Assembly: GCA_964187785.1 (NCBI GenBank)
Contig: OZ076413.1
Coordinates: 54,250,001-54,314,000, forward strand
Origin: Amphiscolops sp. MND2022
Lineage: Eukaryota
Direction: 5' to 3'
Length of the DNA: 64,000 nucleotides
Shown here: in pieces, positions 1-12,840 of the stretch
Position numbering within the stretch: the stretch's first letter is position 1
Layout: each line of letters opens with the position of its first letter
The notes under the pieces: model-generated
The model's input: the letters and a program-made list of their open reading frames with translations, nothing else
What the model was told of the DNA's origin: nothing
Database searches by the model: none
Made by a program: the position numbers and the translations under genes

Positions 1-959
1 AGTAGGGATCGAGTAATTCAAAATTTCCACAACTAGATTGAAACTAGCATTTCCGCAACTGAATCTTCAATCAGATATCATACCAATCATGATGTGCACA
101 TAATTTTTCAAAGAATTGATTGTGTTGTTAGTCGGCAATTTGTGTAATGAAAGGCGACCATTATAGTGTATTTCCGTCGTGTTTCCTTTTCAATCCGGTC
201 GAAGTGACCACCGAAACTCTACAAACTTTTACAAATTGTCAAATTGATCAAAAGGACACTCTCTTTTTTTGACATCTTTGTTCAGATTGAAACCAATGAC
301 GATTATCCTTGTCACCATGCAACTTTTTTCAAAAAGTTGCAGTTTTCCACAAAAAGTCTCTCTCTCTGATAATTCAATATTTTTTTTGGAAAAAAGCTCG
401 AGAATTTTTCAAAAACGATTCTTTGAAATGATGAAGTACTTTTGCGCTTTTTGAGTTTCAAGTAGAGTTACTCTACCGACTCACGCTGTTACAGTCTTGT
501 TGTTTCCGCCATTTCCAGGCTGAGTTTTGACGAATATGGCCAATCGCTTATTGAGTCAATACAGTAAAGCTGTAAATAAGATTTCACAACTGTGCTGGGT
601 GCGTTTTTTGAAACGATTCAGATAAAGCACAGTCCCGGGAATCACTTTCACATGTTGGAATAGAAAACGCTTGAATTTTTTTCTCCAAATCAACGAGTTC
701 ACACTGAATTGTCTATTTTTGAACAGACTTAGTTCACGCCGCTTGCTTGGCCTAGTGGTTAGTGTGCAGGGGCAGCGCTGATCCCTTAAGCGGGGCGAAA
801 AGTTCAGACGGTCCACGTCGTTTAAGTCGGCGCTTTCCTATGAAAAGAGTTGACTATTTTCTTGACTTTTTGTCAGTTTCTTTCGATACACCTGACATGA
901 TCGAAAGGGTTCTACCAAAAGTTCTTCAAGTTTGGCAATGCCCTTTTGCCAATATTCGT

Positions 960-1080
960 ACTACATTTGAGCTGTAAAAAGTCCTGAGGAGTGCCCTTCG
1001 ACAATAACACAACCCATACCGGATTTAAGGCAAACCGGATACAACGAATACCGGATATAACGTTTCTTGGAGATTTTTTC
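960..1080. repeat. Interspersed repeat, degenerate copy shared with ~5750-5830
   Basis: ctacat...gagctgtaaa...cccttc(g/a)acaataacacaaccca t(a/g)ccgg...gcaaaccggata occurs at both loci. Confidence 0.6.
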
Positions 1081-2485
1081 AATTATACAAAAAGGCCTTT
1101 TTTTGATTTTTAGGATATTTAGAAATGATACGAAATCTTTTGAAGCCAAAGGGTCCCCCTCTGGATTTTGTTTCGGTATTGTGAGACCATAATATTTTTC
1201 AATTTAATCGAACAGCTGTTTTTTTCTCAAAACGTTATCATACTTTTTTAAAGCTTGTTTTAGCTGTGCGTTTTTCTCGAACTTTTCATTTGGTGAAACC
1301 CTCTCGCTTTCATAGCGGATTTTGGCTTGAGAAAATGTAGTTTTTTGAGCTGGAAGTTCCTTTTTTGGCACTATGAAGCTTTTCCGAAAAAAATCGAGTT
1401 TTTCGTAAAATTGATATTTTGTTTCCAGTTGTGGGAAATGTAATTTCCGAGTCTTATACGTATCCTTTGAAGTATTTTTCGGCACTGAGAAAGGGAGAAA
1501 AGTTTGAAAACAGTGTCCTTTGCATATTCAAAAAACTTGAGCGAGGCGCCGACTTGGGGCGGTCCCGGCTTGTTAATTCATAACTGAGACCCCACTGTGA
1601 AAACTACACTTTGTCTTGAAAATTCACCGAAAATTTTTTGAATACCTAATCACTGACAGAAACGAATCTCACTGTTGAAGAAATTTTTCAGATCAAAACT
1701 TTTATGGGAGAAAAAAACTAAATTCTCAAAATCCGATGATTGTCAGTGACTTGTCACTTCAATGAACGAATACTAGGTAAACCTAAAAAACGGAACGCAC
1801 AAAGTATTCACTCTTCAAAATTGTAAAATTGGAAAACAAGACGCTGGAAATCTTTCACTTTCTCTGTCAATCATCTTCTCATTACGTAATGAAGTAATGA
1901 AATCTTCAATAAAGAAATCAAAACCACCAGAAAAAGTCTAGCGTCTTTACCAGTCATTTTGTCCACACAAAGAAAAGATTTGAAATTGAACGACTGACAA
2001 GCTGAACTGCGATGTTCTGAGTTGTTTTGAAATACAGTACTTGTTGACAAATATTTAAAACTGTGAGAGCTCAAAAGTTTTCATGCGTTCTGTTGTTCTG
2101 GTTCACCTAGTACTATTGCTACCGCAAAATTCGAAATAACGTGACGTCTCATCCAGGCGCACCAGAAGTAAATTGCGCCGACTCACACCGATGCTGAACG
2201 TACATATGTCGCTGAAATAAGACTGTGCGATTAAGAAAAGCATCGTCAAGTTTACCGCAACTTTCAATTAGGACTGACATTTAGCGATGAAATCACGTCC
2301 AGAGAATTTCAGTATGTCAGTATGAAAATGGCTCTAAAACAGAATAAGTGCGCAATATATTCGGATTGAAGTCACAATGAAGTACGAGGATCCTTGACAA
2401 GTTTCAAGAGCGTCATAGTTAATCGAACTGTCTTCTTCCTTCTAAATTGAAAATACATGTATTTCCCATGTTGAGCACTCCCTGC

Positions 2486-2695
2486 GAATCTGTACAGATC
2501 CTGACAGATCTTGACAGATATTCCAGGATTTGTCGAAATTTAACTAGTCGTAAATACAGTTTGAAATTTAAATATTTGTTGATTAAAAACTGCTCTTCGA
2601 GATAAACACGTCTCTCAATTGAAGTTTAAAAAAAGTTTCTGTGTGAATCTGTACAGATCCTGACAGATATTCCAGGATTTGACGAAAATTAACCA
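2486..2695. repeat. Imperfect direct repeat (~50-55 bp, two copies)
   Basis: gaatctgtacagatcctgacagat...attccaggatttg(t/a)cgaaa(t/a)ttaac at 2486 and 2645. Confidence 0.75.
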
Positions 2696-4109
2696 TGACC
2701 AAAAATTTACTATAACGTATTCCAAGTTTCCAGCAATTACTAAAACTAAGCCAGCGAACCATTTACTCAAAATATTACAACCACATCACTTTATCAACAC
2801 CTCTACCAACCCAGACGGTGGTCACAGATCTGCAGTTGTCCTTACGTAGCAGTGGCACGATCTTTACAGATTCTCAAGGAAAAAAGGCTCACAGATCTGT
2901 ACAGATTCTCAAGGAAAGCTCAACATGGGTTGAGAAAATCACATGGTGGAACTCCCTCGTGGAACTCCCAGGAATATATTCGAGCTTCATGCAGTATAAC
3001 TACAACCAGTATAAAATAGCCTCAACAATCCAACTTAACAACATTGTATCTTTGATGTAACCTATTCCAGCTAACCAATAGATAATTAGCAATTAATGTG
3101 ATGTAATTTTGAAATTTTGCTAAAATAATGGATAAAATAATAAGATTAAAAAATTGTAGTAATTCATGCGGATATTTTCGAATTTCCTGTAGGACAAAAA
3201 GTCGACACGGATCAGACCTGAAGATGAAGTTTTGAAGCTGATATTCTTTTCTTCTGGGTTCCTATACTTGGTTATAAGGTTAATTTTATAACAACTAATA
3301 GCGATGCTGTGCATGCGCTTTTGCTTTTACGTTTGATCTATGTTGCCAAGGTCTATGTTGCATCTGAAACTAATTACCGAAAATATGACGTCATGTTTTT
3401 TTTCAAGTAGTTGGTTGCCTTTGCAAAAAAACAGCTCGTAACAACAGTAAGCATGTTTGAAGCCTTCATTTAAAAGAATTTGCAATATACGTGGAAACGT
3501 ACACTTGTTAGTTTTCGCCGCTTTTTCTGCAAAGATTAAAAAAACGTTCCCAGGATGATTAAAATCCAAATTCCGGTGACAACTTCCGAATTTGATTTTT
3601 CGCTGACACGGGTTCAGAGAGTTATCTTGATTAACGTTTGTAATGACTAATCTTGTTTTTAGTCGTGAGCTAAAAGTGTTTTGAAGATGCTGCTGGCTAT
3701 AGTTATCTGTACGTTAGATGTTCACACCTAAATCCTTCAAATTTCAACTCAGTTTTAACATTCACCAGAAGCTACAAAGTATTTTCCGCGAGAATTCAGT
3801 AAAGACAGGCGACTTAGAAACTGAGCGTAAGTTTGTTTGATAATAAAAGTGCGATGAGTTGAACAGAAAAAAGTGGGAAAAATTCCGCAGCATTTGTCCT
3901 TCTAATTAACTAAGGAAAACACAAACTAATTAGCTGAAATGACTAATTGGTTGTCAAAGAAACTTCCCGATAGCGTTTAAAAGGATACAGTAAGTCCCGA
4001 AAGTATCTAGGGCAAATAGTAACTCTTGAAAAATCAACAAACTAAAAAAACTTAGAATTTTAAACCTTTGAAAAAGTAGTATACCGCTTAAAAATTAAAA
4101 GAAGCACTG

Positions 4110-4600
4110 TTCAAGTTGGAAGAATTATTTTCCTAACAGAAAGCAAGCCAGGGACGGCTCAAGTGCGTGGTAGCTCCAGGCTGGCTCAAATTGAGGTGTT
4201 ATTTGAATGTGGTCATGAACAAATACTGAACAAGACGGGAACGTCCCAAGTCGGCGCCATATCTTAGGCTCAAAAATATTCAAGGAACAACTATTGGAAA
4301 AATTTGGAAAAAAATTTTTTGATTTTTTTTCCGAAAAAAAGTATTTTTTAGGTCGCACAATGCCGAAAAACTCAAAAAGAGGCCATTCAGGCTCATTCAA
4401 CGTTTTCTACAAACCGAAAACTTTAAGGGGGTACCCTTTGATAAATTTCGAAAATTTTCGAAAAAAGTCGCATAGTGCCGAAAAAAACCCAAAGGGGGGA
4501 CCCTTTGGTCTCACCTGTACTTTTGGAAGCATTAAAAAATTTATGGTTTAGTGCGAGAATCGAACCCACGCTCTCCGGCTGGGTCGAAGATGGAAGATGA
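4110..4600 (-). mobile_element. SINE-like interspersed repeat with tRNA B-box remnant
   Basis: Minus strand reads gggttcgattctcgcac (B-box-like) at ~4550-4570; ggcgccgacttgggacgttcccgtcttgtt (4227-4258) is shared in inverted form with ~1545-1573. Confidence 0.45.
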
Positions 4601-6301
4601 ACAAATATGAAAGATGAACAAAAATTGTAAGAAAAGTGGACCACTCAGAGTGAGATTGTCAACTGAAAAAAACAAAAAAAAACTACTCACTGTAAGAGTC
4701 GGGCTTTTTTCCTTAAGGGAAAAGGCGCCGACTAAAAAACACTATTCATCATTCTGACACTAGAGACAATTAATTTCAGTGATCACCAGAGATTCGGAAA
4801 ACGGTTTTCCGCAACTGAAGACATCAAAAAGTCAATCTTTTGCACTGTGTCGAAAAAACCTATAGATGTCCTCTAAGCTCACAAGTCGTTTTGTGTGTGC
4901 TAAAATCAGAAGTTTCAAAGGGGGATTCTTCTGTAAATTGATTGTTTGTTCGAACAAAAAGTCACACAGTGCCAGAAAACACCTGCGGTTGTCTGTCTAC
5001 CCTTGCAAGCTTTTAAAAATTTTAGTCCGGCGCGTGACTTGAACTCGTGAACTATTGCTTCCCAGAGTTAATCTCCAGACAGAGAAACTCCCGTTAACTT
5101 TTAGACCAACTGGAATATACTTTCTGGCTTTCCATCCTGCCTCAATTAGCTACTGGGAGAACTTGTTCGAAAAAAATTCCCTTCAAAAAAAGAAATAAAG
5201 GTAAAATGGCAACACATGTTGAAAGAGTCAGCTATTGATGATGGAGTTTGTTTCATAGGGCCAAAGAGATCGAATGTAAAAACCTCAGGCTTTCAGTCCA
5301 TCGTCAAACGAAACGTTGAGAATTAGAAACTTGTGGCAATGATAAGACCTTTGTTTTCACAAAGTCTGAAAATTTCGAATGGGTGAGTTTTGATTCAAAA
5401 TTTGAATTCCGACGTAGAGAAGACACCGAAAAGCTGGGGAGCTGAAAATTTTCCAGTTGGCTCCATCAGTTAGAAATAAAACTGCCAGACTAATACAGCC
5501 AGTTTTAAAAAGACAGGCACAAATGCAACGCAAAAGGCAAAATATGCAATGCAATTATGTCGACCCATGTAGGTTATAAAAGTCGATTTAGTGATACGGC
5601 GGAGTCGTCTAAAGCTGCATGCTTTAAAAAAACAGAAACTTTGGTGTGGTACTCGAAAACACGATCTCATGGATGTACTTGGCCGTACATTTTTTGGGTC
5701 GGCGCTTTTCTTTAGAAGTTCTTCAATTTTGACAAAGCCCTTTTTGGCCATCTACATACTGCATTCGAGCTGTAAAGGAGTCCCCTTCAACAATAACACA
5801 ACCCATGCCGGTTTTAACGCAAACCGGATAAAACGGATTCCAGATGGGCCGGTCCCGCTTTTTACTGTTGGCCCGTTGAACTGGCCAACGTTGGAATGTC
5901 TTAGTTCTGGTGGACATTGTTAAAAATAGAAAGGGGAGACGCGAATAAGAAACGAAGAATAACAAGTTATAATGACCGCTCAGTGAAACCTTTTGGTTTC
6001 AAGTTCAATATAAAGAGCGTCTCAAAAATACTCATAAGTATCATATTTGTTTGCAGTAACTCATCATATTCTGTCTGATTTGGCTGTTACAATTAAGCCA
6101 ATTATAATTAATCTTTAAGGATATTTGGTTCATTCAATGAACAGTTTTGATCAGGGATTTGAGAAAGGACTGCTCAAGTTTTATATCTTCCAGATAACTT
6201 TCCATTAACGAATGGAAATATTTTCATTGCAACAAAAAAGACTAGCACCACGGAAGTTTTCGGCCGTTTAACGCCACTGCTCCTCCAACCAATAAGGAAT
6301 A

Positions 6302-7939
6302 TGTCGCAGGCTGCCGCCTGTGACGGGTCAATGATTACAACAACAGCAAGAGGGCAAGAAATTGCGCCAGGAACGCTCCCGACCAATTAGAAGTAAAAAC
6401 TTTCTTACGATTGATATGAGAACTATCTACCCTAATAATCCTTAGTTAGTGCTATTTACAAGTTGCTATTTCGAAATGTTAAAGCATTAGTCTGTTAACG
6501 TTGCTAAATTGTTCAAGTTGCTGTAAACGTATTTGAATTGATACAGAACAATGTGAGAGTTGACTGCAAAGCAATAAGGAAACGAGTTCGAATGTGTTTC
6601 CGTACCTTTACGGTGTCAACGCTCAACAATTCATGTCAGCCAATCACAGCTCTGTATCGGTGCTAAAATGCATTACCATCACTTGCCTGTTAAGGACACT
6701 TGATCAATCTCAGCTTGAGCTTTATTCACTATTAGGCAAATGGCCGATTTCGGCCGCGTGCAGTATTTAAACGCCTGAGACGCTGTTGACTTATTAATGA
6801 TGCCACTTATATGCGTAGTAATTGTACAGTAGTTACCTTTTTGAATAAAGGACATTATTGTTTTTGTTTGATGCAATTACTAATATTTTGAAGTTATGTA
6901 TGAAAATGCCAGTCTCTGGTCCCAGTCCGGTCTATGATGATAAGTTAATATTACGTCCGGTAGCCGTACTCGGCGTATACAAACATGTAAACTGGAAACT
7001 TGTAGTAACCAGATGACTAGTCAAATAACGCGTGCCACCACGTGTCTGACTTATTGTTTACATATTTGGCATATTTTAACTGATGATGATGCCTTTATAA
7101 ATGCCATGTCTAAAACTGTTTTAACGTTCACCGGTGGCATTGTGGTATTACCTTAAAACCATTGAATATGAGGCGGAATTATTGATCACGTGCCGTTTAT
7201 GGAATTTATGCATATGAAATAGGCATTGTTAGATGTTCAATGAATGGAAAGAATGCAACTGTCATGCCTCAGAGAGTACTCATACCTGTCACTCTCTTAA
7301 GACAGACGCAATTTTGTAAACCTTCGTTTGAAACCAGATTTGTTCTAAACTTACCCACAATAATTTTCCGATCAGATAAAAAGCAAAAGAAAGCTAGAAA
7401 GTCAAGAAAGCAAGACATGCTACCTGATATAGAAAACAGTGACATAACAAGAGGAGGGAATAGCTTAGACAGAGATGAAAGTTTATATGGCAACTTAGGC
7501 AGGAGGCCTGAAAGCTCAAGTTATGGAAATTTACTGAACCAAAATGGTCAGTCACATTCTAAATCTCCAGAAGCAGAGATTAGAAGTTATGCCCAAAATG
7601 GCCACAGCGCTAGAAGAATTGATTCAAGTAGCGAGTATAACATAATATCAGGAGAGTTGAACCAAAGGTTTTCCCAGGCGATGGAAGATTTCATGAGCAC
7701 TGTCAGTTCCCAAATCCAGAGAGCCATTGATGAGGCAATTAGTGACCAAATCCTGATTCAGATTCAAGCAGCTCTGAGATATGGGCATCGACAAATGCCG
7801 GAAAGAAGATGGGTAATTCCGGCAAGAAAAAAGGGATTTAGTTCTGAAGAAGCCTTGAACCGCAGGTTCAGGAGAATCTCCAGAGACGAGTGTAACAGAG
7901 ACTCCAATGTAAATGAAATATTAGACAACACTTGTGACA
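6302..7939 (+). repeat. 5' LTR of element A
   Basis: Starts TGTCGCAG, ends TGTGACA; colinear with 20563-22280; similarity stops at both ends. Confidence 0.85.
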
Positions 7940-8091
7940 TGGTGACAGGAATTTTTTCGAATTTCTCACCGGACGAATCCCATCACGATCAGCTCCAAAT
8001 CAAACCTCTCGTGATCACAACGATCCCCTCGACACCACCCTGCCTGCAACAGAACCAACTACCGCAGTGGCCGTACAAGACCCAATCCTGA
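7240..8091 (+). pseudogene. gag: Gag N-terminus (LTR-encoded) of element A, truncated by internal deletion
   Basis: ORF KKQKKARKSRKQDMLPDIEN... crosses the LTR end and PBS (CDMVTG); no capsid or zinc-knuckle region follows and sequence jumps to the protease C-half at ~8150. Confidence 0.65.
7940..7950 (+). promoter_or_regulatory. Primer-binding site, tRNA-Leu-like
   Basis: TGGTGACAGGA directly after the LTR end; identical in element C; one mismatch to the canonical tRNA-Leu PBS TGGTGTCAGGA. Confidence 0.75.
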
Positions 8092-8099
8092 AATGGACC

Positions 8100-11000
8100 T
8101 CCGGAAACTCAGTTTATTTTCTCCACAATCAGTTACCCGGGAGGGTCCGCCACCAAAATGTCAAATAATTGTCGCTAATGATCAATTAGAAACTCCTAAA
8201 AGTACAATTGAATTGAAATTTGAGGTTGGTGATTTTGAGTTCCATGAAAACTTCATAGAGATGGAGAACCTGACGCGACCCACAATTGGACTACTGTTCC
8301 TCCAGAGAAATCATACAGTCCTGGACGTGGCAAAGCAATCTGAATTTCCCATTCTTTTCGATGCAACTCAAAACAGCGGATCTTCGATACTCTAATGTTC
8401 TTGAACCAATCCCGAATCCGACGGAAATAACCATTCCGCCGAACGATAGTCCTAATTAGGTCAAATTCCCTTCTCTATCCTGAGAACACAGTCACTAGCA
8501 TACTTCAACCAAGTGACTTTCTACACGAAGAGGGAAACATTACATCTTTTCCAGCACTGTTCACATTGACTGACGCAATACTCAAATACTTTTGAATAAT
8601 TTCACCGATCATCCCTATAAACACAAGAAAGGACTACATTTTGCTAATTTTCAGTCTTGACGCCAGAACTGATGAAATATGTCAAACCGGTCGTCCCAGT
8701 GTCAACCTGGCATCTATTACAAAATGACCAGGAGCAGGCAGCCCACTATGTTAGCAGTCTTATCAAGACAAATAAAATTCCACAAAACTCTGAAAATTAT
8801 TGGTGTTCTACTCCATAGAATCCCGGAAACCCCATTGAGCACACGCCTATCCAGAAAAGAATCCTACGTGAATTACAGGCCTTACAAGACCTGGAGACCC
8901 TTGGTCCCACAAAATATGAGGAAGTGAAAGCAGAGTCCCTAGAAAACATTGACTGGAAAGATTCCAAACTTGCGCTTGATGAAAAAGCGAAGATTGAAGA
9001 AATACTAGTTGAATTACATGATGTTTTTGCAAGACACCAATTTGATATCGGCACGAATGAGGAGTTTAACATGAAAATGACACCTGAAGACGATTCCGCG
9101 GCATCCCGTCAAAGTCCGCCGGCATCGATCAACTTGAAATAAGACATTCTCGTCGAACTAGCCATGCACGACACTTCCGGTTTCGAAATATGCCAGCCCA
9201 ACACTTCCGTTTTCCAAATATGCCAGCCCAATATTTGCTAAGAAAGTGGGAAACTCCGACTCCGACTGTTAGATGACTTGAGAAAAATCAACAACTTAAT
9301 ATCGGACGATTAAATAAATGATAATCATCCCGTTAGCACTCCAACAGATGCTGCCTAGCACATGATAGGAAGAATCTCTTTTGCAAAGTGGACTGTTCAC
9401 AGGAATATCATTGGTTACAGATGGCGGACCAGCGTTCAATAGAGATGTTGGCCTTTAACTTGGCTATTCGCACATTCGCATACAGACGTTTGGCACAGGG
9501 CCTTAGCCCGGCGCTGTCCGGAATCTCAAGCTTCATGAGAGAATACCTTGGCAAAGTCATCAAAGCGGACCAATGTGCTCAATTTGTGGACGACATTCGT
9601 TTTGCGGCCAATGACGCTGACCACCTCATTGCAAACCTGAGAGCAACCGTTAAATGCATTCAGGAGGCAGGCTTTAAATTGACGATGCACAAATTTCATT
9701 TTGGTGCAACAGAAATCGACTTCCCTGGACGAACCATCACCCCTCAATGCGTCAAACCCTAAAAACAAAATGTCCAAAACTTCCTTGGGAAGACCAAATT
9801 TCCGAAGTCGAAAAAAGCTTTACAACGCTGTTCGGGATTCTTGAACTACTACAGAAACTATGTCCCAAGACTGTCTGAACACCTAGCCCCATTCTACAAC
9901 ATGCTCAAAAGCGACGAAAAAGTCCTAGTGTCTAAAGAATTGGTTCAACAATTCAAGGAAGCTAACAAAGCACTCGATAAATGTTGCGAACTAGCCCTCC
10001 AACTACCTCTTGCCAACAAGCAGATCGCTCTAATGACAGACGCGAGTTTTCAGCCGCTGGTTATGCAGTCCTCATAGAAGATGACCCAAATCTGAACTTT
10101 ACATCACTCCGGTAATCATACGCACCGGTAGTCTATGGTTCAAAAACCTCCCTAGCCCAAAGAAAGATGTCCACTTACGCAAAAGAATTCCTTGCAATTT
10201 ACTCCTCATTCAAAGGATTTGGGCATATTTTCTGGGGAGCGCCTAAACCGGTCGTAATCCCAACTGACAACAAAGCCGTAGCTTGATTTTTTGAATCAAA
10301 AATTGTACCCCCATCCCAGTGGAACGCTTGCGACTACGTCATTCAGTTCAACTTTGTCGTAGCTCACATCCCAGGGGCACGATACACGGCAGCGGTTTAC
10401 TTATCCCGCCTGAAATTGGATCCGAAAGGCAAATTAGTCATGAAGATCCGTGAAGATGTGCAAACCCTACCAATCGAAATCAATGTCCAATCAGCAGGAG
10501 TGTCACAGAAAGACCAAATTTTTTTCTATACAAACGACCATGATGAAACTGAAGAACAATACTGGGCGAGGAAAAAAGCAATTGGACGATATCCCGCTAC
10601 AGCAGAAACAGCCATAACAATACAGTCAGTTCCTACAAATTTAAGAAAACAGCAACCCGAAAAACAAGTCCGATTACGGAAAACCAACCAAATCATTATC
10701 GAGCAATCTAAAGATGCAGTTTAACAACAATTGAAGTCGAAACTACTTCATAAGGAAAACTCAGAGAACGTATTGCAACAAGATGCCCTATATCGACACT
10801 ACGCTAACAACTTAGAGCGAATTGTAGTCAAGGAAGATATCCTGACTAGGCAATACTTCGATGGAACCGGGAATAAAAATACCATCAAAACCGCCCGCAA
10901 CACTCACTCCAGGAATTGTTTTAATCGTTTCATGGGACGGCTCGTTAGCACCCCGATACATCGAAATTGTTACAGGAGATCAGACAAAAGTATTACTACC

Positions 11001-12408
11001 CTAGCATGGCGAAACACGTCAAAAGGTGGGTAGAAGGGTGCGAACAATGCGCGAAGGACAAACGAGTCCCCAATGCAACAATCACGCCTGAACTACTCAA
11101 CTTGCCGGAATGGGATCTTGGATCGGAAGCCGCTATGCAAATCGACCTATTGCCAAATTTTCCCCCAAGTGGAGGATACGAAAATGTATTCACGGCAATT
11201 GATGTCTTTTTGCGATACCTACTCGCCTATCCTCTTACGAATGAATCAGCAACCAATGTAGCCAAAGTCATCATTGTCATCATGACCGAACATGCATATC
11301 AACCGACAACGTTGACTACAGATGAAGGAACTGCCTTCACTTCCACGATTATTGCGGAATTTGCTCAAATTTGGGGAATTACACTCAACTGTGCAACGAC
11401 CAAGCATCCACAGAGTATCGGAAACTGGAGCGAACTCATGCATCTCTCAAGACGAATCTCAAGATTGCATGTGGGGAATATCGCCGACAATGGTATACAT
11501 ATTTGCCGGTTGCAGTCCCGAATCAAAATACCAGTCATCACGGAAGCACTGGCTAAGAGCCAACTCGGGTATTCCATGGACGAATTCTCTTTAATATCTT
11601 AAATCACAAGTTTGGAAGAAATCCAAACGAGTAGATCACACCTACTTTTGAATTCGCCGGAGAAATCCAAAATCGGGCAAATCTCTTGGTAGACAGAAGA
11701 AAGCAGAATATTATGAACTCCTATCTCAAATATAAGGAGTATTATGATCGCCAACTGCGAGCAGCTCCACTCAAGGAGAAAGACAAAGAAAGATATTGTT
11801 TTGTATTACAACTCAAAGCTGACCACCAAGGGTCGAAATCCCCATTTAGGGATTACCGTTGGGTCGGACCATTTATAGTACAAAAGGTGTTATCTAAAGA
11901 AAACTACTTAGTTCGCCGGCTTAACACAAATAGAACCCATTTACTGTACCTCATACGTCTCAAAAAGCTTGTTCCCAATCAATCGCTTGAAGATAGTTAC
12001 CGCGAGGAGAGATTACAGCCGGATGAAGATATTATTTTTCCGCAAGATGATTTATATACAATAACGTGGAAAACGAACTCCGGAGAACAGCTAGCTACCC
12101 GATGCTGTCATTTTATTCCCTCTAGCTTGCTGAACAGCGAAGAGTCGATTACGTCAAACGACGATGCAAATGACGCACACGAGAATGGAGCTGATTACAT
12201 AATAACGAGAGACAGTCCGAATGACAATCCCGATACAGCGCAACAGCGAAATGAAAGATTCACTATGACGTCAGCAAAAGAAATGAAGCTATTGAAGCGG
12301 AAAAAAATGAGAACTCTGATTGGCCGGATCCGACCGTTTAACCCAAAAATCAAGAAAAATCTTTGCCGGATCTGTCTGAAAGACAGAAAAACGATGCCAA
12401 GTTTTTAG
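8100..12408 (+). pseudogene. pol: pol of element A (protease C-half, RT, RNase H, integrase), many stops and frameshifts
   Basis: IVANDQLETPKSTIELKFEVGD; RTFAYRRLAQGLS; AQFVDDI; ALMTDASF; KYYYPSMAKHVKRWVEGCEQC; QIDLLP; TDEGTAFTS. Confidence 0.92.
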
Positions 12409-12840
12409 AAGGAAATTCTTTTAATGAAAACTATGCACAAGATTCTCCAAAAAGGGGGATGAAATTAACGTGCCCGAAATATCCCAAAAGCACGATAAGA
12501 AAGAAACTCTGAGCCCCAGAGGAGGGAAGTATATTCTCAGACCTAAACCTGATCAAAACAATTCAGAAGACTTCAGTTAGGAGGAAAAACTGAATTACGC
12601 CCAGAAGCGAGCGTTTTTCTTTCCTTTTATTTTTCACAGTTTCTTTTTGGTCCCATGACAAAATTTTTTGAATAAATAATGGGACACTGTGCTAAAACCC
12701 TTTTCAGGAATAATACGGGGACTGGTAAATTAGGAACAGAATGAATAGTACAAAATACAAACAACTTCAAAGAAAATTTATATACGATAGAAGAATCAAC
12801 AAGTTTACAGTCTGAATTGTACATAAGTACATATGTATAG

